A model generated the notes under the pieces. That model had not been told where the DNA came from and did no database searches. It saw nothing but the letters and a program-made list of their open reading frames with translations. From contig JACPGJ010000002.1 of NCBI GenBank assembly GCA_016182555.1, forward strand, positions 48,040-112,039: DNA of 64,000 nt, read 5' to 3'. Every line of letters starts with the position of its first letter. Position 1 is the first letter of the stretch. Positions 1 to 8,167 of this stretch are shown piece by piece. The stretch is from Candidatus Kerfeldbacteria bacterium (GTDB lineage Bacteria > Patescibacteriota > Patescibacteriia > UBA9570 > XYC2-FULL-38-9). The position numbers were made by a program, and so were the translations under genes.

Positions 1-2
1 TG

Positions 3-30
3 TGCTCAAGCTGCACGAGCAGATTTTTTA
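3..30 (+). terminator. Putative intrinsic terminator (hairpin TGCTC-N9-GAGCA followed by a T-run)
   Basis: Stem-loop tgctcaagctgcacgagca followed by gattttttag. A near-identical tail gcagattttttagtRactggRaa recurs at 2168-2200. Confidence 0.3.
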
Positions 31-190
31 GTAACTGGGAATACGAAACATTTTCCGATGCAATGGAAAAAAACAAAAATTGTGAACGCCAGGCAACTGA
101 TTATACTCATTATTCCCTTCACGCCAGTAGTTATTCAACATAGATAATTTTTTTATGGAAAAAGTTTCAAAAGAACTTGTTTTCCGCCGC

Positions 191-577
191 TCAGTTAAAT
201 GATAGCTCATTGCCCATTTTCAAAAATGGTATCTTTTTAAAATCTTTTGTATTATAAGTCATCAACGGAATCCCTAATTCAATTGCCGTAGCCGCAATTA
301 ACATGTCCATAGAGCCAATATTGTGCTTGCGTGCAAAAATCGCTGCACGCTCTGCAATCGCTGTATTAACAGGGATAATATTACATATTTCCAGAATAGC
401 TTTTATGGCTTTTTCTTCTTGACGAGTAATAGCTGAATATTGCAATAATTCGAATACCGTGATGGTTGAAACAAATGTGGTATATGGATCAAATTCAATG
501 ACTCGGTCACCATTCACGTGATAAATAATAACATTCGTATCAAGCAATATTTGTTGCATATTATTTTTTACGCCCAC
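191..577 (-). CDS. vapC: PIN-domain ribonuclease toxin (VapC family)
   Basis: 128 aa. N-terminal LLDTNVIIY acidic motif and C-terminal LIAATAIELGIPLMTYNTKDF are typical of the PIN fold. The start overlaps the upstream small ORF by 17 nt, as in TA operons. Confidence 0.8.
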   Translation of the reverse strand: MGVKNNMQQILLDTNVIIYHVNGDRVIEFDPYTTFVSTITVFELLQYSAITRQEEKAIKAILEICNIIPVNTAIAERAAIFARKHNIGSMDMLIAATAIELGIPLMTYNTKDFKKIPFLKMGNELSFN

Positions 578-812
578 GAAGAGTATTGAGTTTTTTTAAA
601 CGTTTATCCGCTGACGCTCGATATTGTTCAATGGATTTGAGCAACTCTTTTCCACGTTTTTTTGACATGATGCCTGCAGTTTTCTGCCACACAGATGTTT
701 TTTGCTGATGTTGCCCTGACCACGTACTTAATTCAATGCGAAGTTCCCCCAGTTCTTTTTGAACGGTTTTCTCCAAGGTGTTAATTTTTATTGCTATGCG
801 ACGAGTATTCAT
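561..812 (-). CDS. Putative antitoxin partner of VapC (small charged coiled-coil protein)
   Basis: 83-aa ORF immediately upstream of, and overlapping, the PIN gene. Lys/Arg/Glu-rich with no other recognisable domain. Homologous to the small ORF at 4111-4281. Confidence 0.55.
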   Translation of the reverse strand: MNTRRIAIKINTLEKTVQKELGELRIELSTWSGQHQQKTSVWQKTAGIMSKKRGKELLKSIEQYRASADKRLKKLNTLRGRKK

Positions 813-863
813 ACTATTTTTGCTTATCTTAGCTATAAAATGGTTATTAAAATAAAAGGTACA

Positions 864-898
864 TTATCAACATACCACACGCCACCTTTATTGACAAG
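864..898. promoter_or_regulatory. Conserved TA-operon upstream element, copy 1 (TTATCAACATACCACACGCCACCyyTATTGACAAG)
   Basis: Near-identical ~35-40-bp sequence at 864-898, 3053-3091 and 4338-4376, each just upstream of a minus-strand TA operon start. Contains TTGACAA/TTGTCAA, which reads as a -35 hexamer on both strands. Confidence 0.5.
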
Positions 899-1003
899 CA
901 ATTTAAATACGAAATTTAAATACGATTTCAGGCTTATCTCGCAGCGGACAAGACTATTTTTTGACAGCTTTTTTACTCCGTAGTATCTTAATATATAAGA
1001 TAT

Positions 1004-2128
1004 ATGAACACATCAATTCTACAACAATTGTACGAATATGCTAGAGAGCGTTGTTTGCAGGAATTTTTAACTCTTGGTTTAACGAAAAAAGATTTTACAC
1101 AGATAGAAAAACGTATACGCGGAGGCGTGCGAGAAGATATGGCGTTATTGGATCTGACTGATCGTATTTTACGCATAGGAAAAGCGCACGCAGAACCGGA
1201 ACACGGTATTGTCGGCATGGATAGCTTGGTGCGCGCATTTCAAATGATGACGAATTATACGCCTCGTGAAGGGGTTCCGGTGGAGGTGGCAACGATATTT
1301 TTAGAGTACATCACTTTTTTTAAACAAGAGGGTGGATATTCAAAACCAGATGATGTAGAGAAATTTGTTCGGTTGGTTTTGTCTGCACACCAATCCATTG
1401 ATGCGTTTGCGAAAAAACATCATGTTGATTCACGAATTTCCTCGATTGCACACCACGTGTTGCATTGGTATTTGCAAGAATCTCCACACCTGGCATGCCG
1501 TAAAACTCCAGAAAAATTGGCGATGATTGCATACGCCATAGTGCGTCGGTTTCAAGAAACGGCAACAGAAAAATATTTTTCTGATTATTCACCAGAAGAC
1601 TTGGTGCGTTGGGGCGGTTTAAAAAATGTGGCCTCTCTGACGTCAAGCACATCCGCAGCATTTCATGATGTGGTGTATGGAGTGTACGATATTGATCTGT
1701 TATTTGTCGACCCGGTGAATCGACCATCTGATTGGCGAGAACGACTCGTGAAGGTTGCTCCAGCATTACAAGAACGTTTTTCACAACCTGCCAGTTTTTT
1801 GGATGATCCAGTGTTACCAGCATTTCCTTTTGATGATATTGAAGAGGTGAAAGAGCGGATGATGAATACGCTCCAGAAATGCGTAACAAATAACGCATTG
1901 ACTCTAGAAAAATTGCAACAGTATGTTTGGGAAGCCAGTGACCATGAAGATCCAGAACAAGCTGCTCAAACATATATGAAGCTCTGTTTACCACATATAT
2001 CTCCACAGATAGAAGATGATACTACTCTCCGAGCTATTATGACTGCATTCCTAGATGCATGGAATATTTTTCCGCATCAACAATTACAAGGAAAATCGCC
2101 ACGCGACATGATGAATGAACAATTGTAG
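1004..2128 (+). CDS. Hypothetical protein (374 aa) embedded between two TA modules
   Basis: Long intact ORF with no motif I can assign. Followed by hairpin plus T-run at 2147-2178. Confidence 0.5.
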   Translation: MNTSILQQLYEYARERCLQEFLTLGLTKKDFTQIEKRIRGGVREDMALLDLTDRILRIGKAHAEPEHGIVGMDSLVRAFQMMTNYTPREGVPVEVATIFLEYITFFKQEGGYSKPDDVEKFVRLVLSAHQSIDAFAKKHHVDSRISSIAHHVLHWYLQESPHLACRKTPEKLAMIAYAIVRRFQETATEKYFSDYSPEDLVRWGGLKNVASLTSSTSAAFHDVVYGVYDIDLLFVDPVNRPSDWRERLVKVAPALQERFSQPASFLDDPVLPAFPFDDIEEVKERMMNTLQKCVTNNALTLEKLQQYVWEASDHEDPEQAAQTYMKLCLPHISPQIEDDTTLRAIMTAFLDAWNIFPHQQLQGKSPRDMMNEQL

Positions 2129-2146
2129 AACTATTTTTTTTGATCC

Positions 2147-2178
2147 TCTGCTTACTACGCGTTCTCTGCAGATTTTTT
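2147..2178 (+). terminator. Putative intrinsic terminator of the 1004-2128 gene
   Basis: TCTGC-N16-GCAGA followed by TTTTTT. The tail sequence is shared with positions 19-50. Confidence 0.3.
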
Positions 2179-2200
2179 AGTGACTGGAAAAAGGAACGAA

Positions 2201-2686
2201 TTATTTCATGGATTCAAGATATGTTTGAATCGTTTGTATATACCTTGGAAATAGTTTCACGCTATTTTGCAGAGCAGCATAAAATTGCATGCTGTTGAGG
2301 TCGTCATATTCGTGAACAAGAATATTTCTTGTTCCAATGCAGGGTTTCGTTGCTTCAGCGAGTTCATGGTCAATGACATTCATTTTTACCAATATGTCAA
2401 AAGAATCTGCATAGCTCGGTGGCGTTTTTTCTCCGGCAGCACGAATAATATGCAAATTGATATCAATACATCGATTAATCACCCGCTCAATCCATCTTTC
2501 CGCAACAGCACTTTTTATATCGTCGTTCATTATGGCTTCATACGAAGATTCTTGGAGTAATTTGTGAATCCGTTCTAGGTCTTCAAGAATGTAGGCGCAC
2601 TTCTGTTCAATAAGCTGCGTGTTCAAATTGGAGGAGTTTTGTTTTGACATATTCATGCGTCGCTTTAAATAATGGTTCAGCATCAA
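2201..2686 (-). CDS. hepT: HepT-like HEPN toxin (DUF86 family)
   Basis: 161 aa with the C-terminal R-x4-H-x-Y motif (RNILVHEYDDL) typical of HepT/DUF86 HEPN RNases. Overlaps the downstream end of the nucleotidyltransferase gene, as in MntA-HepT pairs. Confidence 0.7.
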   Translation of the reverse strand: MMLNHYLKRRMNMSKQNSSNLNTQLIEQKCAYILEDLERIHKLLQESSYEAIMNDDIKSAVAERWIERVINRCIDINLHIIRAAGEKTPPSYADSFDILVKMNVIDHELAEATKPCIGTRNILVHEYDDLNSMQFYAALQNSVKLFPRYIQTIQTYLESMK

Positions 2687-3044
2687 AATATTTCATGAGT
2701 AAACGAATATATTGTTTTTCATCATCGGTTTCAGTGCCAAAGAGTTTGATCCCTTCTGTGGCAATCAGGTAGCCAAGCAGTGGTGGTGCAGTGACCAAGT
2801 TCACACAATCAAATACACTCTCTGAAAGTCCGAGAATATTTTCTATTTTATCATCAAACCCTTGTAAGCTAAAGAATGTTCCACGCGGCATATCACTGCC
2901 ATCATGGCGAAGATAGGCAAGGTCAACATCGCTGTGTTCATTTGCGTCGCCACGCGCATGAGAACCAAACAAATACAACAATTTGAGGTCAAATTCTTTT
3001 GCAACCTCTGCCAGTTGTATTCTTTGTTTTTCAGTAATTTTCAT
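2607..3044 (-). CDS. mntA: MntA-like minimal nucleotidyltransferase antitoxin
   Basis: Motif LFGSHARGDANEHSDVDLAYL (GS-x9-DxD) of the Pol-beta/minimal NTase fold. The start was moved to the internal MKITEKQ methionine. The conserved upstream element lies just 5' of this start. Confidence 0.7.
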   Translation of the reverse strand: MKITEKQRIQLAEVAKEFDLKLLYLFGSHARGDANEHSDVDLAYLRHDGSDMPRGTFFSLQGFDDKIENILGLSESVFDCVNLVTAPPLLGYLIATEGIKLFGTETDDEKQYIRLLMKYFDAEPLFKATHEYVKTKLLQFEHAAY

Positions 3045-3052
3045 ATAGTACC

Positions 3053-3091
3053 TTATCAACATACCACACGAAACCCCTATTGACAAGAATC
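3053..3091. promoter_or_regulatory. Conserved TA-operon upstream element, copy 2
   Basis: ttatcaacataccacacgaaacccctattgacaagaatc, matching copies 1 and 3. Confidence 0.5.
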
Positions 3092-3809
3092 CCACGCATT
3101 GGCCATTTGATTAGGTTGTGTTATATTTCTCTTGGAATGGACACTCCTTGTGAGTCGTTTTTTTATGCAAATATATCAAACCCAAACTCACATCATCAAC
3201 CTATTACCAAAGAGGATCCCAATAGAAAAAATGAACTTTTGCATCGCTTCACAGGAGTAACGCCTAATAATATCCTATTTTCCGTTCAAATAAAAGAAGA
3301 TAAAAAAACGAATGAAAAACGGCTTATCTCTTGTTTTAGTGCTGAAAAATAAAAAGGCTTCCCGCCAGTTTGTGGTGTATAAACCACGGCCGAAAGTCTT
3401 TTCACATACTAGTATATAACACTCATATTTTTCGTCAAACTACTGATGCGGTGGTCTATTACCCAACGTGTGGAGTGGATGTGAGTCCGTCGTCCGGGTT
3501 TCCGAATAGCCGTATGATTTATGCCGAACAAGAAGCTGCGTGTGCTGAAGCGTTCAAGCGCCATCATTTCTTCCCGGCACTCTCGTTTTCCGCCGCTCCA
3601 ACTCGTTACCGTCCAACTTGATTTCACTAAAACAATTTTTCGGTAATCAATTTTTCTACTCGTATTGCTGTTGCTAAAGCCTGTTCTGCATCTGTCCACG
3701 TAAATTCAGGAAATTCTCCTGGATAACGCGTTGTGAAATAAAAATCCGTTTGCCGTTCCGTCACGATGACGGAATATGGATTGTGCATTCAATTCATCAT
3801 CTTCTGCTT

Positions 3810-3890
3810 TCAATAGCCATTCACGCACCGCAAAATGAGTAAATCAATATCGCTGTGTACGGATGGGCTGCCCCAAAATAGGTGAAGCAT
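3810..3890 (-). pseudogene. Nucleotidyltransferase (MntA-like) gene fragment
   Basis: The minus-strand ATG at 3890 translates to MLHLFWGSPSVHSDIDLLILRCVNGY then a stop. It retains the LFGS...HSD[IV]DL NTase signature seen in the intact MntA at 2607-3044. No full-length ORF remains. Confidence 0.4.
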
Positions 3891-3896
3891 ATATTT

Positions 3897-4131
3897 TTAT
3901 AACGCATCTTCCATCGATCCAAAAACGGTTAATCCAGGAATTTTACGAAAATCTTTCTTATTTTTTGTGATTAACGGTATATCCAAAATAAGCGCCGTTG
4001 CGGCAATCAGTAGGTCTGGTAGTTTTGTTTTGCGTGTTCTCCCAAGCATTGCTGCTCGTTCTGCAATAAGCGAATCCACAGAGATAATAGTGGTATAGGA
4101 AAGCCATTTTTTAATTGCCGCTATTTCTTTT
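3897..4131 (-). pseudogene. 5'-truncated PIN (VapC) gene remnant
   Basis: The translation ...KEIAAIKKWLSYTTIISVDSLIAERAAMLGRT...LIAATALILDIPLITKNKKDFRKIP aligns to the C-terminal ~75 residues of the VapC at 191-577. The N-terminal catalytic region and a proper start are missing. Confidence 0.55.
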
Positions 4132-4281
4132 TAAGATACCGCCCATTTTTTTCCATGCTTCTCCGGCTGCGCTTACGTGTTTTTTACTTTCTTGTAGTTC
4201 GATTTTTGCAATATTCAAACGTAGAAGCGTGAGCTCTTTTTCAATATGTTGAATGTGTGTGGTGAGTTGTTGTGTGGTCAT
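4111..4281 (-). CDS. Short VapB-like antitoxin homolog (56 aa) of the decayed TA module
   Basis: ATG at 4281, stop at 4111 (MTTQQLTTHIQHIEKELTLLRLNIAKIELQESKK...). Resembles the N-terminal two-thirds of the 561-812 product. Below the 60-aa cutoff of the ORF track. Confidence 0.45.
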   Translation of the reverse strand: MTTQQLTTHIQHIEKELTLLRLNIAKIELQESKKHVSAAGEAWKKMGGILKRNSGN

Positions 4282-4337
4282 AATATATTATTTACCCTTA
4301 TTTTAGCCATGAAATGGCCGTGGAAGGAGAATCCACT

Positions 4338-4393
4338 TTATCAACATACCACACGCCACCCCTATTGACAAGAATCAAAAAGCGTGCTAATAT
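4338..4393 (+). promoter_or_regulatory. Conserved TA upstream element, copy 3, carrying a canonical sigma70-type promoter (TTGACA-N17-TAATAT) on the + strand
   Basis: TTGACA at 4365-4370, 17-bp spacer, TAATAT at 4388-4393. The same -35/spacer/-10 block recurs at 20351-20379 upstream of the 20406 gene. Confidence 0.5.
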
Positions 4394-4646
4394 GTTCGGT
4401 TCTTTACAATCGAGTTCGCTATTGAAGTGTTTGAGGGAGCTAGGACCCCCAAGAGCATATACACACCCAAGTACGTAAGTAAAAAGGGCATATTGAAAGA
4501 AATCTTTCCACCATTCGTGACTCTACCGCTTATGCAAAGCGTCGCCGAAAGGCACGATGCGCACAAACGGTTAGTGAAGAATGATGGATCCTAGCAGATT
4601 TCCGATGATATGCCTTTTTTACTGCCTTGTATGGTCGTTGGCTCCC

Positions 4647-4671
4647 TGTCATGGTGAGCCTGTCGAACCAT
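4647..4671. repeat. Direct repeat tgtcatggtgagcctgtcgaaccat (copy 1), hairpin-forming
   Basis: Second copy at 4770-4794. Contains the inverted repeat TCATGGT...ACCATGA. Lies at the low-GC/high-GC junction. Confidence 0.5.
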
Positions 4672-4769
4672 AAAAGGTAGCAGTACATTTACAACACATT
4701 AGGTTTGAATAGAAGTATTTTTTCCGAGTCAGAGAGAATGAGATTATTTTGTCATGCCGACTGCCCACT

Positions 4770-4794
4770 TGTCATGGTGAGCCTGTCGAACCAT
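4770..4794. repeat. Direct repeat tgtcatggtgagcctgtcgaaccat (copy 2)
   Basis: Identical 25-mer ~125 bp downstream of copy 1. Immediately precedes the GC-rich segment. Confidence 0.5.
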
Positions 4795-4974
4795 GAGCAC
4801 AACAAATGATTTTACTCTCTCTGGCTTGGAATTATCTACGTCGGAGAACCCCGGGGTCACCCGAAGGTCGAAAGACCAGAAGGAGGCCGCGTGGTCTCTC
4901 CGGGGAGTGTCTTTGTTGTCCGCAACCCATGGCGTCGCGACGTGTCTTACGTGCGGCGCCACTTTGGAGGTTCT

Positions 4975-5856
4975 ATGAATCGGTTTTTCGTCCTCGCCAC
5001 CGCGCTGGTGGCCGTGATGTTTTCGTCGACGGCCGTCGCGACGGCCGTACCTTCCAATCTTCTTGGTGAGGTGCAGAGGTCTGCACTCACCAAGGTCTGG
5101 GAGGTTGGACCCGGCTCCCTGCCGCCAGAGGGTGCCGAGTGCCAACCGGGAGAAATCCCGGTGGTGCGAGGCACCGCCGACGAGATCCCGGGCGGCGACA
5201 CCGCCCAGGTGCAGCTAGATTCGCGGCGGCTGATGGCCGTCGCTCCCGCCGGTTGGGACGGCTCCTGGGGGTGGATCGCCGGGACGACGACGTCCGGCGA
5301 CAGCGCCGGCGTAGTGGGATGTGCGCCGCGGGGCGCCTTCCCAGCCGCCACGGCGGCGCCCTCGGCCGCCGCCCCCCAGTCACCATACCCGGCCATGCCC
5401 GGCCTTGAGCTCCCCAATGGGGTGAGCCTGAATGCTGAGCTGGACCCCGAGCAGGTTGCGACACTGACGTCGCAGCTGCTCTGCCTCCAGGCGGGGCGGG
5501 GTAACGACTGCCTCGGCGCGTACGCCGGGGGGTCCAACCTGGGGAAGTTACTGGAGAACGGCGCCCCGTTCTCCCTCAGGATGCCGGGGCTCGACCTCGT
5601 CGTCCGCCCCGTGGCCGGCAAACGGAGGGCCGCCCCCGTCGAAGAGGGGAACGGAGAGGCCACCCGCAGGACCAGGTGGTTCTGCGGAGACCACCCGGTG
5701 GTCTGCCTGGCGGCGACCACGATCGTCGTGGTGGGCGGAGTCGCGCTCACCTCGGTGGTCATGGGAAACCCCGTCGTCGATATCGGCGGCGGGAGTGCCG
5801 GTGGTAGCGCCTCCGCAGGCGCCACCGCTGGGTTTACGGTGATGCGCTTTCGGTAG
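4975..5856 (+). CDS. Secreted/membrane-anchored hypothetical protein encoded in the GC-rich island
   Basis: Internal start MNRFFVLATALVAVMFSSTAVATA is signal-peptide-like. Ala/Gly/Pro-rich with a C-terminal hydrophobic stretch. The opposite-strand ORFs in this region look like GC-driven artefacts. Confidence 0.4.
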   Translation: MNRFFVLATALVAVMFSSTAVATAVPSNLLGEVQRSALTKVWEVGPGSLPPEGAECQPGEIPVVRGTADEIPGGDTAQVQLDSRRLMAVAPAGWDGSWGWIAGTTTSGDSAGVVGCAPRGAFPAATAAPSAAAPQSPYPAMPGLELPNGVSLNAELDPEQVATLTSQLLCLQAGRGNDCLGAYAGGSNLGKLLENGAPFSLRMPGLDLVVRPVAGKRRAAPVEEGNGEATRRTRWFCGDHPVVCLAATTIVVVGGVALTSVVMGNPVVDIGGGSAGGSASAGATAGFTVMRFR

Positions 5857-6316
5857 GCGCGCCACCAACTTCGACCGTCGCGTGAGGGTCAGCATCGGCT
5901 GAACCCGAACGCGCATCGCTGCTCTCCGCGGCGGCCGACTTCGAATTCAAACTTGTCGTGTTTCGGGAGGGACGCAACGACGCTGTTCATTCGCTGCGTC
6001 TCTCCCCCTTCTTTCCTTTCTCGGAATCATTTCAGAGAAAGAAAAGTGGGAAAACATTTCTCACGTGCACTTTACAAATTTTTTCACTCTTTATTCAACT
6101 CAAGCCAGGAGTATTCGGATGATCACACAGGAAGACCATAGATGATTCGAGTAATCCTGGCTTGTAGATGCGGCGCCAGGAGGTCCGGGGGGTATGCCCA
6201 CGCTGAAAAGCGCGAAGTGTGCCCTCCAGTGGGGCCTCCCGAGGATCGTTGTTAAACCGAGAGTACGGCCGCCACTGTTCCAATCATGGACAATGGGCGG
6301 CCGTAGAGGAGTCAAA

Positions 6317-7672
6317 ATGAAAAAATGTTTTTGCTGGCTCGCCATCGCAATGATGGTGATGGTCAGCACCACTGCATGCCGCATTCGCGGCGGCAGTGTT
6401 TACGATGACTCAGGGCGGGAGACAGCGGATTCCGCCCTGGATGGAGACAACGACGGCGTCCCCTCGGGCGCCGGTGACTGCGACGACAACGACGCGTCGG
6501 TTTATCCCGGCGCGACCGAGCTGTGCGACGGCGTCGACAACAACTGCGACGGCGAGGTCGACGAGGGGTGTTCGGCTGAAACGCCGACCCCCGAAGCAGA
6601 AACCCCGACCCCGGAACCGACGCCCCCCCTTGACGGGGATGGCGACGGCTACTCCGAGGTCGGTGGCGACTGCGACGACACCAGCTCGGCCGTCCATCCG
6701 GGCGCGGTCGAGGGCTGCGACAGCTTCGACAGCGACTGCGATGGCGCGGTAGATGAGGGGTGTGAGGAGGAGAATCCCACACCCGACGATACGCCGGAGC
6801 CGACCGAAACCCCCGAGCCAGACGACCTGGACGGAGACGGCTACACCGAGGTCGGTGGCGACTGCGATGACACTGATGCGACGGTCTACCCGGGGGCAGA
6901 AGAGCTGTGCAATGATGCAACGGATTCGGACTGTGACGGTAATTCGTCTGAGTCAGAATCTGGATGCGTCGTGTACAGCGATGACGCGGACGGAGATGGG
7001 TATTGTGAGAATTCGCCGTGTGTCGTTTCGACGATGCCGGCGGGTGACTGCGATGACACCGACGCCCGCACTTATCCCGGGGCCGCGGAGACCTGCGACG
7101 GCCTGGACAACGATTGCGATGGGGATCGCGACGACATCGCCGAAGGAACGGGTAGCCTCTACTACCAGGACTCCGACGGCGATGGGTATGGAACTGACTC
7201 TGAGGTTATTTCGGCCTGCAGCCGTCCCGCTGGCTATGCGGTTAGCGACGACGACTGCAACGACGGCAACGCGTCAATCCACCCGGGTGCCACCGAGACC
7301 TGCAACAACGTGGACGACGATTGCGACGGCGCCGTGGAAGACGACACCGTCTGCAACCCGGACTGCGCCGCCACCGCCTTCTGGTGGGGCGCAGATTTCA
7401 ACCTCGTGACCTGGGCGAGCGAGGGTCAGCACCTGATTTCCAATCAGGATGACCCGGACTCGTCCAATACGGTCGAGTCGTCGACCCCCTGGACGTACCA
7501 GGGGCAACTCAACATCTGCGCCGGCGCGACCAGCTCGGCCGACGAGGTTATGGCTGCCGTAAACATCGGCAGCAACACCTGCGTCGCCTGGGACACGGCG
7601 AACGCATATGACGACGATGGGGACGGTTTCTGCGTCCCTATCAAAAAGGCTGAGATCGATCACACTCCGTGA
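6317..7672 (+). CDS. Lipoprotein with tandem MopE-type putative metal-binding Cys/Asp-rich repeats
   Basis: Start MKKCFCWLAIAMMVMVSTTAC with a lipobox-like TAC. At least 7 repeats of DGDGY...GGDCDD-x5-PGA-x-E-x-CDG-x-DNDCDG-xx-DEGC, the 'putative metal-binding motif' repeat described for MopE and many myxobacterial proteins. Very high GC. Confidence 0.6.
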   Translation: MKKCFCWLAIAMMVMVSTTACRIRGGSVYDDSGRETADSALDGDNDGVPSGAGDCDDNDASVYPGATELCDGVDNNCDGEVDEGCSAETPTPEAETPTPEPTPPLDGDGDGYSEVGGDCDDTSSAVHPGAVEGCDSFDSDCDGAVDEGCEEENPTPDDTPEPTETPEPDDLDGDGYTEVGGDCDDTDATVYPGAEELCNDATDSDCDGNSSESESGCVVYSDDADGDGYCENSPCVVSTMPAGDCDDTDARTYPGAAETCDGLDNDCDGDRDDIAEGTGSLYYQDSDGDGYGTDSEVISACSRPAGYAVSDDDCNDGNASIHPGATETCNNVDDDCDGAVEDDTVCNPDCAATAFWWGADFNLVTWASEGQHLISNQDDPDSSNTVESSTPWTYQGQLNICAGATSSADEVMAAVNIGSNTCVAWDTANAYDDDGDGFCVPIKKAEIDHTP

Positions 7673-7684
7673 TTTGATCTCCTC

Positions 7685-7710
7685 TGCGCGGTTCACCACT
7701 GCCGCGCGGA
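7685..7710. repeat. GC-rich hairpin ctgcgcggttcaccactgccgcgcgg (copy 1), with the shared flank recurring at 10235-10330
   Basis: The 32-nt stretch ctctgcgcggttcaccactgccgcgcggaagt at 7682-7713 is identical to 10235-10266. Both are followed by cgctcctt...tcttcttttttttt. Confidence 0.5.
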
Positions 7711-8167
7711 AGTTAACACAAGTGGAGGTTCCCGGAGCGCCGCTGCGAAAAGCGATCGCGAGCCGGTGGAGGAGGGAACTGACGTACGGCCGCAAGGCCA
7801 CGAGACCCAAGCCGCGCAAGCGGAACGAAGAGGACCCATGTCCTCCAATCGTCGAGTGCAACACGCGCTCCTTGGGTCTTCTTTTTTTTATTCAAATTTT
7901 TCTATAAATACTTGACGAAAGCAAGGTATACAAGTACAGTGCTCGTAGAATATTGTTTTTTATGTTAAAATATAGACATGATCAATAAATACACCTATCG
8001 ACTATTTAGAGTTCCCACCTTTAAACGGGGCATGGCCAGCTTGATTGATATTACCGGCAAGTTGAACGAAATTCGATTTGATAAAAGTGGCTCTGAAGCT
8101 GACTATAAGGCTTTATCGAGTGACTGGAAAGCCGTGGGGGAAGATTTACAGAATGCTATGAATACTT

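Noticed and set aside
4647-4671. tRNA-like 3' end (minus-strand GGTTCGACAGGCTCACCA) suggesting an att site at a tRNA gene
   Set aside because: The T-loop-like GTTCGAC is not flanked by a complementary 5-bp T-stem and no acceptor/D/anticodon arms can be drawn. No tRNA gene is supported. Treated only as a hairpin direct repeat.
4947-5825. Long ORFs on the opposite strand or alternate frames within the GC-rich island (4947-5825-, 5087-5464-, 6363-6920-, 6396-6752+, 6753-7409+, 7274-7864-)
   Set aside because: Arg/Ala/Pro/Thr-rich low-complexity translations typical of non-coding frames in high-GC DNA. The co-located frames with a signal peptide or the MopE repeats are the credible genes.
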